Below are positions 27,753 to 41,100 of a stretch of DNA of 64,000 nucleotides, one piece after another. Numbering within the stretch: position 1 is the stretch's first letter; every line of letters starts with the position of its first letter. Source of the DNA: Fimbriosthenelais zetlandica (lineage: Eukaryota). The stretch is from the NCBI GenBank assembly GCA_977030845.1, contig OZ365118.1:3472001-3536000 (forward strand), given 5' to 3'. Below the pieces are notes generated by a model. That model had not been told where the DNA came from. It did not search any database and saw only the letters and a list, made by a program, of their open reading frames with translations. The position numbers were made by a program, and so were the translations under genes.

Positions 27753-27798
27753 AATAAATATTTAATTAATAAAATCAAAAAACTTGTTATGTTCATTT
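27753..27798 (+). terminator. Candidate polyadenylation region of the protocadherin-like mRNA (implies a ~2.9-kb 3' UTR)
   Basis: AATAAA at 27753 and 27768, TGTA elements upstream (~27676, ~27701) and a GT/T-rich tract ttgttatgttcattt downstream (27784-27798). Other AATAAA hexamers at 27141 and ~27165 are alternatives. Confidence 0.4.
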
Positions 27799-28012
27799 GC
27801 CGTAATTAATTAAGTACCAACAACCAAGCTGACCGTAAATGAGAACAAGCTAAGCCTGAAACATATAGGTCACGTACAGCAAAAACATGATCTTCATTTC
27901 TGAGAATCTCCATTCACCAAGTGAGAATTTGACCAAAGTTGCAGTATGGATTACTCCTTATCTGACAAATATCAACATACTTTCTTATCTGCTGGTGTTA
28001 GTTTACACAAAC

Positions 28013-28067
28013 CTGCAGCCTTCACGCCCAGGAGTTAATGATACGTGAATATCCGTACATCCACTCT
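28013..28067 (-). ncRNA. Candidate 55-nt exon of the minus-strand transcript
   Basis: Acceptor gtctatttttctcatacag (CAG at 28070-28068) and a weaker donor CAG|GTTTGT. It stays open in the phase-1 frame set by the 28921-29001 exon. Confidence 0.33.
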
Positions 28068-28920
28068 CTGTATGAGAAAAATAGACTTAATTTTCTCCAA
28101 CAGCTCATCTATATGGACCAAGAATTTCATGGAGCAAATTCTTATCTGCGTTTCATGGTATTGTATTGCCTTTATTGAAATAAAGGCAGTTTGCTAAAGA
28201 TGGGCAAGCCTCACAAGGTTTAAAGGGTCAGGAAGATTCCTTTAATGGGAAGAAATTTGATATTCGGCCGCCATACATCCAGCATAAGGCGAGGTGAAGG
28301 GAGTATTATTTTCACCATAGAAGTCCATTATGGTCGGTATGTGTGAGGTGCGCATTTCCCTATACTACACACGGCGGGGAGGGAAGCAGTACATGAAAAG
28401 TGGACACATATGCAGGCTTCTGTCTCAGTATAACAAGGCTGGGGAATGGGGGAATTTAACATACTTCTGGGTTAAACATTTAAATGGAATGCAGTTGCAT
28501 TGACAATGTCTTGAGGGGTTCAAACCTTATGCACAATGCATATTCCCAATACATGACATATATTACATGTCAATAGAAAAAAATCTACAGAAACAAACTA
28601 ATTCCCTGGATTAAATTTCTGGAAATATACAAATTAACTTCTAGTTGTGATCAAATATAATGAATCAACCATCAACTGAGTGCCACTGATAAAGTGATGT
28701 ATGGTATTAAGCTGGTTTAAGGGGAAGCAGTGAGTAATAAATGTTAGTAGCGTGGTTTAAAGGCATACAGTTAGCTGTAGCTGGGAGGCTGCCATCATCT
28801 ACTAGGTAATTCTACAAGTACTCTAGTCACTACATCTGGACTTGTCTAAAGAAACCAACAACTAGAGTACAATTGGTGTGAGGTCAGGAGGTACAAATCA
28901 GAGAATGAGAATAGACTTAC

Positions 28921-29001
28921 CTTCATCTAGTTGGCAGAGAGTCTGAAAGGCTGAGAGGCTGAGAGCTGCTACTGGAGACAGATCCATTCTACAACCGCGT
29001 T
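28921..29001 (-). ncRNA. Candidate internal 81-nt exon of the minus-strand transcript (lncRNA or micropeptide start MDLSPVAAL...)
   Basis: Strong acceptor ctttctcctctttacag (CAG at 29004-29002) and consensus donor AAG|GTAAGT (28920-28915). One frame is open, with ATG at 28987. Confidence 0.5.
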
Positions 29002-30022
29002 CTGTAAAGAGGAGAAAGTATTTATTAAAGACATTGCCATATAAGTTACTTGGGGGTTTCTGAAAATGAATATTTAATACCATACCTGTATTAATTGATG
29101 ACAACATGTATAGTATCTTCCAAAATATCTGCTCTACATCCATTTATATGCAATATAAATATTTAATATTCATATTGCATTACATATATTTAATATTTCT
29201 ATTACATTTCCATTGCAATAGTTATGCATATTAAGCCTACGATAATGCATCAAATATGCATAACCCTAAAGAAGAAAATTCAATAATCTTCAGCTTATAC
29301 ATGTTGGGTATCATGTATATCAATGAGTACTACACTAGTGTTTTGATCAGGTTTGGTATAATCCGGCTCAATACCAGCTTTATGCGGGGATCAATGCCAG
29401 GGATGCTCCTGTATGGGTTTACTTTGAAGATGAGCCTGGTCAAAGAGGCCAGGTATGGTGTATTATTATATATCTAGGTCTTTGTTGGCCTCAGTAATGA
29501 CCAGCAAACACCTGTAAGGCGCTGTAGCCAGGTGAGGCATTATGTTTCAGAGAGAGTGTTCTACAGATAAAAGATACAGGGATGTTTCATAGATAATAGA
29601 CAAACAATAGGCAATAGACTGGCAATATAGCCTCATACTAGATAAATTACAGGCCTGTAATTGGTACTTATGTAAATATAATGGACTATGGCCAGGGCCT
29701 GTGTCATTCCTTATCATAAGATCTCATAATGCCCACTGTCTGTGACTCAGTCTCAGACAGAAAAGATAAGTCACAATAAACAGTACTTAACGCTTAAAAG
29801 TCACACATTATCATGTAGATACATGCCTAATTTTCTTTCGAGAGATGCTTATTATTAAACCTATCCATCATCTGGTTAGATAAACTGGAGGAAGAACATA
29901 AATGTGTGACAGTAGTTTGTTTACACTGACAGCATCCACATGATGAACATGATCATCACAATGCGGCTGAGCGCTCATCACCTCGGGGTGTTTACAAGTG
30001 GATAAAACTGCAAATTACTTAC

Positions 30023-30200
30023 TCAGTATCAAATTTCGCGTACTTTATCAATTCATAACAGGTTCTTGTACTTCCATGACAAATATGAGCGTAAGTCATT
30101 ATCGAATTCCGGCGAGAGAAGCGAAATTAAACTCTCTAAAACTCGGACTCAAAGTTCGTATCAGCCGCCATTTAATCCCAGCCTCGATCTGAATCATGAC
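30023..30200 (-). ncRNA. Candidate first exon of a minus-strand spliced transcript (5' end approximate)
   Basis: It ends at donor CTGA|GTAAGT (acttac at 30017-30022 on +) just downstream of the promoter motifs. It contains only short ORFs. Confidence 0.4.
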
Positions 30201-30220
30201 GTCATTTCCGCGTGGCGGCG
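30150..30220 (-). promoter_or_regulatory. CpG-rich housekeeping-type promoter region, probably firing leftward
   Basis: YY1-type motif (AAATGGCGGCTG on the - strand, 30162-30173), perfect CRE palindrome ATGACGTCAT (30196-30205) and ETS-like GCGGAAAT (- strand, 30204-30211), in a locally CpG-dense segment. A - strand donor lies downstream. Confidence 0.5.
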
Positions 30221-30625
30221 GACTCCTCCAGGCACATACAAGCGATAAGCTGAGCAAGCCTAAACTCGAGGAACTAATGCATAGATTCTATACACCCAGT
30301 ATATATGATTTTACCCATTCAAAATGAATAAAAAGAGTAGAGAGAGGGGAATATATAGGTGACATAGTTATTGCTGCTTGGTAAATGAGAAAGTAAGAGC
30401 TTATAATATCGAGGCGGACGCTTCCAGCCACATACAAGCGATAAGCTGAGCAAGCCTAAACTCGAGGAACTAATGCATAGATTATATACTTCTATATAGG
30501 CCTACACCCAATATATGATTATTCCCATTCAAAAGGAAGAAAAAAAGAGTAGGGAGAGGGGAATATATAGGTGACATAGGTATTGCTGCTTGGTAAATGA
30601 TAAAATAAGAGCTTATAAGATTGAG
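30217..30625. repeat. ~196-bp imperfect tandem duplication (2 copies)
   Basis: Copies start ggcggac..tccag.cacatacaagcgataagctgagcaagcctaaactcgaggaactaatgcatagatt at 30217 and 30413. Copy 2 has a short insertion (~30483-30500) and scattered substitutions. Confidence 0.92.
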
Positions 30626-32159
30626 TTGCCACACCTGATAGGGTGGGCCTATACTGTGTAGGCCTAAGCTTTGATGAAATAAGCTACATCTTTGGTAGGT
30701 GTCATTCACCTGTAAACTAGATGATTATAGTCAAGCACCTACATATATCAGAGGTAAATGGATCGATTATCCACCAGCATAGCACCTGATATGTGGAGGT
30801 CTATATATAATCATATAGATAAAAGAAAGGGAAAACCGATGCCTAAATAGTATCTAGGGGCATAGGCCTACATACCACCTTTGGGCCTAAATATTGATAA
30901 ACAGAGACTATACATAATTTCTACTATTTTCAAACTTCATATGAAGTTTTTCCATATTAAATCTAATCATTTCTCCCCTTTAGGGGACTGTTTCAAATAT
31001 AAAGTTGCAGCCTGAATAGGCGTATAAGCTTGAGGCAATTGATAGGCTCGATCTCCACATTTTTTTAAAACAAATAGTCTGCTGCTATCTTCTGGTAGAT
31101 AGGAAGCTAGAGCCATGTGGAGGATGTGTGTCATATTTAACAAATTGTCATGCACTGTTCAATGAAGCAATATTGCTATAAAATAGTCATTGTTCAATTA
31201 TTGCGCTGTATTCATAAAAACAATAGGAAGGACTGGTAAGCGGTGGATTATTCACCCCCATCTCCCACCAAGGCCTAATGCATGTATAGAAAAGTTATTC
31301 AAAGGCTGTAATAAATTCAATTATGGCATGATATGCTCCAATGTGTGTTCTAGAGCTTTAACTTTTTTCTCTCTCCAGCCACCAACACTTGTGCTGGGGA
31401 GGCAGTGCATGACTGCAAAGACAAGCGGGCGGCTCTGTGCTGGAAAGCAATTAGGTTAGACGTGGCTAGAATTGCCCTTCCCAAATACGATTATCGATGG
31501 AAATTAGGTGCATGTTAGGGGATTTAGTCGGAAGAGAGGGGGCTCATCTTTTGAACTTCCAAGCATAAGAAAACACCCAGTGATTGCCTGGGGAACATAT
31601 GGAATTTACTTCTACTCGTGACAGCTTTTTACTCCAGTATAATGCATTCCTAATTACCCTGGAAGCCATGGGATGAAAGGTCTGGGAATATTTGCGAGAT
31701 GGTATTACACTTAATTAATCAAATCTGCATTGGTGGTAATCACTTAGAACAGTTTGCTCTTTCCATTAACCCGCTCGCCGATAGGAAATGTACATTTTGC
31801 CGGGTTTAATACCCGGCACCATGCCATTCTGGGCCTGGTAACGCAATAGAAGTGTTATTCCACATATCGGCAGGCGGAAGCTCTGTGAAAAAGCCACCTT
31901 CTGCACGCAGTTGATGCCATCTAAATACCATGGTCGCTTTGCAGTGAAAATAAATCGACGCCTGCCATTAGCCATGAGCAGGCTCCCTTAACGTCTGTAA
32001 TCTCACCACTTTCCCATAGGTGTGAATTTAATGATACTCCCAACATAACCACAGGGGAGGAAAAATACTGACTACATGAATCTATAATTTGCCTTTTTCT
32101 CCATGGTCTACTTAGAAAAAGGGACAGAGCATACATATATGCACGTCAGGCGGTGTGGG

Positions 32160-32530
32160 GAGGGGTGATGAGGGGTGACAAGAGAGGGCTGAACATGAGA
32201 GGGAAAAATAGGTGGAAATGAGGGGTATAGGTGTATAGGGGTATGGCAGGGAAGGGGGGGGGGGGTGTATGGTATGGAGGGGCCACAATGGAGGGCTGAG
32301 CCTGAAAGGGTAAAATAGGTGGGAATGATGGGTATTGGTGTATGGCAGGAAGGAAAGTGTATTGCAGGAAGGGTGATGAGGGATGACAATGGATGGCTGG
32401 AACGAAAGGGAAAAATAGGTGGGAATGATGGGTATGGGTGTATGAGAAGGGTAGGGTGTGTCACAGGGTGGAGGGAGGGGAGTATGGGGGTTGGGGACAT
32501 AGTATGACAGGGTGGGGTTGGGGAGTATGA
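32160..32530. repeat. Purine-rich low-complexity region with a degenerate ~100-107-bp period (3 copies)
   Basis: ggg(a/t)aaaataggtgg(g/a)aatga.ggg.at.ggtgtat recurs at 32201, 32308 and 32408. Confidence 0.75.
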
Positions 32531-35500
32531 GGTAGTGAAGAGTGGGCTATATATGTTAAGACCATCATTGATTCCTGGTCTGGTATGCACTCATGGTGAG
32601 CAAGCAAAGTAGGTATCAAGAAGGATTGATCAAAATCCAGACACTCTGAAAGCACCAGTGTATGAGACTCATGCGAGATGAGTTTCAAACGATTTGCTTT
32701 TCTTCACTGATGGATGAAAAATAAGCCTGGCTGGAGGCTGGAGGCATGGTCTGTCTGATTCCACCCCACCTGTGTCATACCACAAGGTGGCAATCATCGG
32801 ACACCAACTCAAAATGGAAATAATTATCAAAAAAATCACCAACATTGGAATGTGGGAGGGGAGGGATGGCAGGCTAGTGGTGGGTGAAGAGGGACTAAAT
32901 GCCATAAGCTGGTGGATCGATGGAGGCCCGAGCCAAGGGCCTTGAGAATAGATAGAGGGGTTCATGGTGGTAGGCCCATCTGAGGGCACTTGGAGAATTC
33001 CCCAACATTAGCCCTTTACACCACTCTCAGGGGTACTTTAGGGACTATTCCACACATAAAAACCAATGGAAAACGTAAGAAATAAATAAGCCTTTTTGAT
33101 CGTTAAAATCTCTGAATATTAAAAATGCCCCAATTCAGATTCAATTTTCTCTCAAGGCCACGGTCCGCCTATACAGATAACTGCTTTGTAAATTTAACAC
33201 TACGGCCATGTCCCAACCATATCTCCCTCCATCACTATTTTTTAATGAAACAAGTCACTGTTGAAGGGAACATGGAGGGAATTAAAGGGCACAAGGTGAC
33301 GTCACCTTCCCGTCAGAGGACGCCACTTTACCCCGCTAGGCGGCGTCCTTGATGGCCCCTGATGGCGCCAGCTTATGCATATTGGAATTGGTGATAGGAG
33401 AATGTAAATGCTAGTAGGCTGGTATTAGTAGGGCAAGGCACTTCATAATCATTATGGTTCGTCTCCTCAAGGCTGTACTAGTAACTCCTACAGTGTAGGA
33501 ACGTTATCAGAGACAGTAGTGATTGGTGGCATGGGTATGGTTGTTATTCCTATATTAAGCAGCCCATCAATCTTTCATATATCAATTTCATTGAACTGGT
33601 TGAACATTTCACATTTAGTATGGAATAAGGTGTTGATTTAAATGAAAATTGCACAATACAGAATGGAGAAGTCGATACTAAGCGAATAATGCTTTTCGAT
33701 ATTCCCATAAACCATTTATTATGAAATTGTAAATGGACCCAGTGAAAAAATACACCGAATTCATCTTCCAATTTTCATATTTCATTGTCAAAACAAATAT
33801 GGCCCAAATGCATGGGTAGAATGGGCAGTCAAAGGGCGCCCCGGGAGAGGCTTGATTTACGTCTCAAACTTCCACTAAATCGATATTGTTGGGTTTGATG
33901 TATGTGTGAGTGCATGTACACGGTTCAGACCCCCGCACACCATCCAACTTCTATGCATTTTATGCTCTTGAACTTGTTGCCCCTTGACTTAATGTTGATC
34001 TATAGAAATGGATTCTCATTTTTATGTACTTTGGAATGAACTGGCGGCGCCATAGCTCTGAATGTAGCATGGTCAGCAAGATAATACTGATGGGAGATAA
34101 ACTAGCCGAGCAGGAAAAGCGACTTAGAAGTGACTGACCACCAAAGAGGAAGTCCATACGTACCATTCTGACCAATGGACAGAAATCATATCTAACGCTG
34201 CCTTCTGATTTATCATTAGTTCGTGCTTGAATGGAAAGGCCAGCGTTTTAGCACCTTCCCTTCTATTTTTATTTATTATGGTACATTGCATTGCCATCTC
34301 TCCTTTATTTCGGTTCATTTGTTACTATGATATGACCTTTCTAAGTTTCTACTGGAGTTATAGGTTTTACTAAAGAAACCCTATAGCGTTAATATGAATG
34401 TGAAGTTTTCCAGCTGTTGAAACTTTCTAACTCGGCAGTGCCAGTATATAAGTATAGGCATGGAATCCAGTGGTCAAAATAGCGGCCATAATGAATCATA
34501 TATGATTAGACAGTCCGTCCTTTGACCCGTGTAGATAAGAGAAAAAATGTTTGCAAAGCCCCACATATGCCTGAACATATTGCACAGAGAGTATGCTTAG
34601 CAAAGATAAAGCTGTTCTTGGAAAATAGAGCTGGAGTGATTATTTTTTCTGGGGGAGGGTGTTGTAGAAAGTCAGTAGTTGGGCATTAGCATTCCCGGCA
34701 CTATAGTCCGGGAGAGATGAAACCAGGAGGAATGAAAGAGTCACGCACGCCCCTCTCATAAAACACCGCCCCAACCCCCCATCCACTGATTTAACTTCTT
34801 TCATCTTCACACTGGACATATCCCACCAGAGACAGAAAAATAAAATCAAGAAAAAAACTAAAGTAAATTTAGTGCCATACACTATGGGCTAGACGCCAGC
34901 AGGATTGTGTGGGACAATAAAACACCGCGACCAATGTTTAACAGCTCTAGGACCATGGTAACTGGATCCCATGCATTTAAAGGATGCCTGACTTTGCTGG
35001 TTTCTGATGCACATTTTTAACAGCGTTTTTGTTGGTTGAAAGGGACGCCTATACATTACAGCCATTTGGTATATGCATATAGCAGAATAGAGTTCCCGAA
35101 GAAAAATCAGCTTTTTGCAATATGCAATATGAAAGTCCGTCTCTTGGCGATCCACAACCATTTATATACAATGAAGGGTGGCGTATATCTCGTCTGATAT
35201 CATCTCCAAGGCCATCCGAACATTTTTTCTGCAAAATGTTATATGAGTAGACCTTCGGCTGTGTAATAGCCTCTTAGAAAGATTCATTGTAATCGTATAT
35301 TCGACTGCTGCCCAAATCTAACACATATAACCCCATCCAGACACTCTACAATGCAGATAAGCGCAGAAAACGTGTGATAACGTTTTAGTGACAAAAAGAT
35401 CAGGAGTCAGTCACTTGCAGTTTTAGTTATGTCGTCCTATACTATAAGTTGCTTCATTTTCACTAAGAATGCCATACTTTCTATATGCATGGGGGCGACA

Positions 35501-38049
35501 AGTTAATTTCAGTGGAAATAAAGGAACCACATATATAGTGCATAATGCATGTATTACTATAGCTCATTCAATGTAACATATTCAGCCTACACATTGGTGG
35601 GTCCCAAACTGAGAGACACCTGCATCCAGCCCACCCTGCATATGGTAAATACCACTGTGCATTATGAATGTAAATGATTTTCCATTCATGGCCATGTTTC
35701 TGCTAATCAATATGGCGGACGGGGCTATTTCATTAGTCACAGAAGTGGACGGATGGGGGCAGCACGTCAGCCATCATTTTCCTCCTCATTAACAAATCCC
35801 AACGCGTCCATCGCCGGGAAATATGGCCTCTTATATCCGCTCTAATGGCTTTTCAATTATTAATCAAGGACTATGCATTATGTTCACAAAACAATTAGCC
35901 ATATCGGGTCAAACCTTATGGCACCGATTAACCTAGAGAAGCATGTGCTGCAGCTTTATCGAGCTGAAGGCCAGGACTTCTTCACAAGACTTCCTGACCT
36001 ACTCATTAAACAATCTACATAAGAGAATACATGCATTACCAATGTGCTGCCTATTACAAGTGCAACGCCATTGTGTTCAATTCACATGCAGCGTAGAGAA
36101 AGAATGTATTTTGGTGTGCAGAAAGCACTGACGACTTTCATTCAGTATAGGCTTGTAATAGGATGTGGTGGAGGAGGGGGATAGAGCTGATATATTTTAT
36201 TGCTCATTTGGTACCAACTACACCAGCCTTTATTCCCTATTTGGTCGTAAACACGACTCCACTTATAAGGGTTTACGGGAGTGAGAGATGGCCAGAAGGT
36301 CTGAAGACACCTGCACCAGGCGTCTAATAGGCGAGGGAAGGAGGAGGCAGGCATTAAGGTGCATCTTCCCACTTACCACCTCCCCATACGCCAGATTTAT
36401 CCAAAACATCAAAATTCACATAAAACGCCGACAATCATTTTCACGTTGATACGATTTAGAGGAATGACTTCTATACGAGGTATCGTGAATGGGCTGCGAA
36501 AACCGGCTCACAAAGTTATCTTGACCTTCTGATGCAACATTAAAATTTAAGCAGAAAAATTAATTTATGATAGCAATAAAGCACCGGGCAGTAGGCCTAA
36601 TCATACTGGGCAATGATATGGTTAACATTTCAGTTTTCTTTCATAATCATTCCCTTTTTTCAGATGTTTTTCGACATAATTATAAGAGATTAACTATAGA
36701 GGTCTAGCTGAACAAGTCGTGTCTGGCAGCTGATGAGAGGGAGATGAGAGCATCAGCTCAGTACCACCAGATGCTTGTGACACATCCCCTCACTGGCCTA
36801 GTGTATACAATACCATGAGACAATCCTTCTATAGTGAGATAAACCCGACCTGTCTGCAGCCATTACATCCAGTGACGAGTATGAGCGGATGAGGACAGAG
36901 AGAGAGGACATTGAATATCAGCCGTCAACACCTCAATACCTCACCTTCACGCTAGGTGTCTTATCCCCCCATCACACTGACGTGTCTATTGGGTGGTCGG
37001 GGTTCATATTACCCCGGCTTTTATAGGGTTAGCCTCGGGGGTTGACCTTCTGGGTCGTATTTTTAGCCTCGGGGTCTTTCTCCCATTGCTCTCACACTTT
37101 TTTTAGCAGTGAATGTAGCGTTTCACAAAGCTCTCACCAGAGGGGGTGTGATGGCGGGCCTATCGGATTACTCCAATAATCCATCAATTACCATGGCCCC
37201 GGACATCGTCCGCGCCGCCCGCATGACTTGCCTGGTCATTCCCACTTTCTTTGGTCAGTGCCAAGTGCCAAGTCTTCTATTAGCCATTAGGATTAAGCCC
37301 GGGTTTCCTCTATACATATAGAGTGGGCTTCCATCATAGACGCTGGCATATAGCATATAGCCTCTTCATTAGGCGGCCCAATCAACAAGCCCCGCACGGC
37401 ACAAAGACATTTACTTAGAGAAAAGATGAAAGACAAATTGGTTTCATTTTTCTGTAGGGGATACCTTTCAGAAAAGATGTCCATATAGGATAGGTTAAAT
37501 TACCTCCTCCCCACTTCTCTACCTGGGTGTATCATTTCCAGGTATTAGCGAAAGTTCTCAATACGGAGGAAAGTTTTGATGGGCTGCAGCCGTGGGCGGA
37601 CGTAATGGCTTTCTATGTATTGTAATGTGATACTCGCATATCATGCAGTAAACATTTGCAATATTAAAACACATCGCCGGAAAGGTCTTAATGAGGTTCG
37701 AGGTTTCATGTTTCACAATCCAGAAAACATTAAATTTTGAACAATAAAATTCATATGTATTCATATGTATACTTCAGATATCGGTTTCCCATAGCAGCAT
37801 CTATTGTGGTGGAATTGGCCTCGATGCAATCCCACCCATGTTTTTACCCACCCACTTTTACTTCAATTGCCTTATCTAACAACTTGTTCTATATTTGGAA
37901 GAGTATTTTGAAATGTGTTCCAGACAAAAATGATCTGGAAACCTGAAATGGCGAGGAAACCTTGAGGGAAGCCAGTTTGTGGGTGAGCTGACACATTTCA
38001 TCTCGAGTTTCTCACCATTCAGTCAGTGGCGGAATGACAGTCTCCCCCT

Positions 38050-38115
38050 GTCTCTCCTCCTCCTCCTCCACCAACACCACAACAACTCCCCCTCTACCTC
38101 TCTCCCTCCTCCCAT
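38050..38115. repeat. (CTC)n/(CAA/CAC)n low-complexity tract
   Basis: ctctcctcctcctcctccaccaacaccacaacaactccccctct. Confidence 0.7.
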
Positions 38116-41100
38116 GTCTCTCTCCAACAAGCAGGAAGAGCCAGACACACCTACAAACACAGATACTGCCTAGACCCAAACCCACCCCATCAGTGAGGCA
38201 CCATCTAAACAGCGGGCAGGGGGTTAGAGGGATGTAATGAAGTGTCACTTGTTTCTACCTGAGATCATCACACATCCTCTGATCTCCCTACCTCACTATA
38301 GGAGCCAGCCAACACCATCCATTCATTCCTTCTCCTCCTTCCTCCCTACACCATCTCCACTACTGGAGCACCCAAGCTTCTCCCCATCGCCAGGTCTGGG
38401 ACAGCAATTGCCTTTTGGATAGTCGGTGTAAGATGGGAGAGCTACAGGCACCCTGTCATTTGCTCATATAGCAGCAAGGAAACCATCGAGATACGGGACG
38501 TAAGTAGAAGAATTTGTGGAAGGCATGCTGAGGTGGGATGGACTAATAACTCAATGTTGCCCGTCACAGAACATCTGACTGAGTCTCAGAGGTGATTCTC
38601 AAGGTGAAAGAATTGTCTTTATCTTCTTATTACAACAGTGCAGACATCTCCATTCCACTTGTATGGAGCGAGTGAGGGGGCAAAGCTCGTAGCGGGCGGG
38701 TGGAGTAAAATATTCACAGCTGAACGCGCAGTGCTGTGAGGCACAGAGATTGCATCAAATGAAAAGCTTGCTCTGAATTTCAACTCTTGAACCTAAAGCT
38801 GTGGAGAGGATCCGGGGCAAATGAGACATGATTGTGGGTGTCGGGGGCTGTTGTGGAGGAGGGAGGGATTGAGTGACAGAGAGCTGGGTCTCAAGTAACA
38901 CTTGACAATCTCCCACCTGGTCCTCACCGGGACGCCTGCCCCAATAAGGCCAGGGACAAGACAGACCCACTGGTATTAGCCACAGGTAACAACTCATTTT
39001 TAACTCTTAAATTCAAAAATATTCCTCAATCTATACTTTTCTTACGATCTATAAGGACAAAATCATCAAATAAGAAAGGTATTTTAATTCTATAATGCAT
39101 GTTCGCTTATCTAAGATTAAGGACGTTAAAAAAACATCATAGCTGTCTCGCCAGATTTCATTAAGGAGCTGTTTAAGTCTCATCAATATTTCCATCGAGA
39201 TATCCAATTTCTGATTGTTGCTCAAATCGTTTTACATCAGATAAAAATGACATTATGAAAAAACATCTTATTGAATAAATCTCTTATGATGATGAAGAAA
39301 TTCTGCTTCTCATAATATTTGTGATGAAAAAGGATAGGAACGGAAATTTAATTTGAAAAAAAAACAAATAAACAGAAGAACACGCACGTGTCAAGTATCT
39401 TGCTTTTCAAGGTGGCTCAGATTCAACATTGGTTCAATATGGAGACAAGGGTTTCTCATTTCTAAAAAGACCAATCCAGATTCTTGTTTAATTTAACATC
39501 GGGGTTAAACATGTCTTACATGTAGAGTGACTAACATGTCCAATGATTGGCTAACCTTCATTAGTAGTAGAGTCAAGTGGTGCGCTGTGCACGGCACACC
39601 AGTCTACAGTTAATGATGCCTTCTCCTTGACCTACCATTGAAATGTCTCCAAGGTCACAAGACATTAAGTCTCAAAGAGCAAGGCAAATGGCAGTCACCT
39701 CCATGTAGGCCATATGTCGCCCTGAGACGAGGTGGGGGGGGGGGGAGGGGCGGGGGGTGGGGGGACAGGCAGCTGCCAAGAGCAACAGTCAATGTTACCT
39801 CATTCACAGTCCTTCCACGTTTAACTGTTAGCTGTGATCAGAGCAGTTTAAACTGTGAGATCAGGTCACAACTGTGAGCTTCAGCTAACCTTGATCTGTA
39901 AGCTCTCTTCACAGCAGCTTGAAAAGTTTCTATCACAGCAGTACACAAACCAGAGCAACTCCAAATGTGAGCTGTCATAAGAGTAGCCTCAACAGAAGAA
40001 AAAATAAGGTTGCATCTGAAAATATGTTTGTGACATAAGCATATATGGCTAGGTTTGTGAAGTGATTTTGATGTGTTCAGTTACAGAAATCCTATCAACA
40101 TTGACATCCCCCGAGATACAGCTATCACAAAAAACCCAGCCCAAGGGAAGCACAAACGTAAGGGGCGAGTCTTGTTCTCAGAAATGAAAAAAATAATGGA
40201 AGGTAGTTTAAAATGTCATATTGGAAATAGCTTTTAATGACTGTACTCGACTCAAATTTCGAAAATGAGAGTATGACAATGCGGTCTCTTAATTCCACCG
40301 CTTATTATAGGAGGAAAAGAAAAGCATTTCACCATTCATATGGTGCTGGGTGCAATTATAACAGAGCAGGGAGCATGGGTAAAAACAGCCTCACAAATCA
40401 GGCCCACTAATGGGGTGTCTCATCCGCCTCTCTCCACACTAAGTATTCCCATAGCCTTCAGTATTACAAGACAATATTGTGTGAGGGTAATTCACACAGA
40501 GCGCCTATAGGAGCGGGTATATATCTAACAACATTCTCCCTCATGCTTCCCTCCACTCTCCCACTCACTCCCACTGCCTGATGATCACTTTCGAGCCCAA
40601 CTTCATCTTGGTTTCAACAGACCAGTCCATAATTGGTGGGGCATTTACTTGTAATAGGGCTATCAAGGAGGTAGCCATGTTTTAGCTGCAAAGATCATTA
40701 CTTCCTTACAGGAGGCCCCCGCTTTATCACCCACCCTGGCGGCCACTCTCAACACTGCAATTTACCTCCCGACACTAGGGACAGGGAGAAAAATCAATTT
40801 AATTAATGTCTGATAGCATCCTTCTTGAAAGCTATTTAATAAGAACCATTATTATGCTTTTCTACATTTCACTTTGAGAAAAGCAGTTTTTCTGATCATA
40901 AGTTCTCGCCTGAGCTTGGGAGATGAGGTGAAAGACCTTATTAATATGTTGAATATAGAAAAAATCTAGCTTTAAAAGATTACCTCGGGTACAAAAGCTG
41001 AAGGTGTCATTAAGATGTGAAAGTATTGTATTAAAGAAAAGTTACATATTAAAATCCCCCTTGGGGAATAGAATTTCAGCATAGAAAATCCCCTAATCCT

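Noticed and set aside
29925-29985. C-box-like RTGATGA motifs on both strands in the antisense intron (snoRNA host idea)
   Set aside because: No D box (CTGA) at a workable 60-100 nt distance and no terminal stem. The + strand C-to-D spacing is only ~30 nt.
31798-31832. 8-bp hairpin tgccgggt-ttaat-acccggca followed by CTGG (Helitron 3' end?)
   Set aside because: CTRR is not followed by the expected T and no 5' TC end or copy is evident. Short hairpins like this are common.
32108-32590. 160-aa Pro/His-rich minus-strand ORF
   Set aside because: It comes from purine-rich low-complexity repeat sequence that lacks stop codons.
36640-36700. Strong + strand acceptor cattcccttttttcag followed by ATG
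   Set aside because: The frame stops after 9 codons and there is no good paired donor, so an isolated acceptor is not enough.
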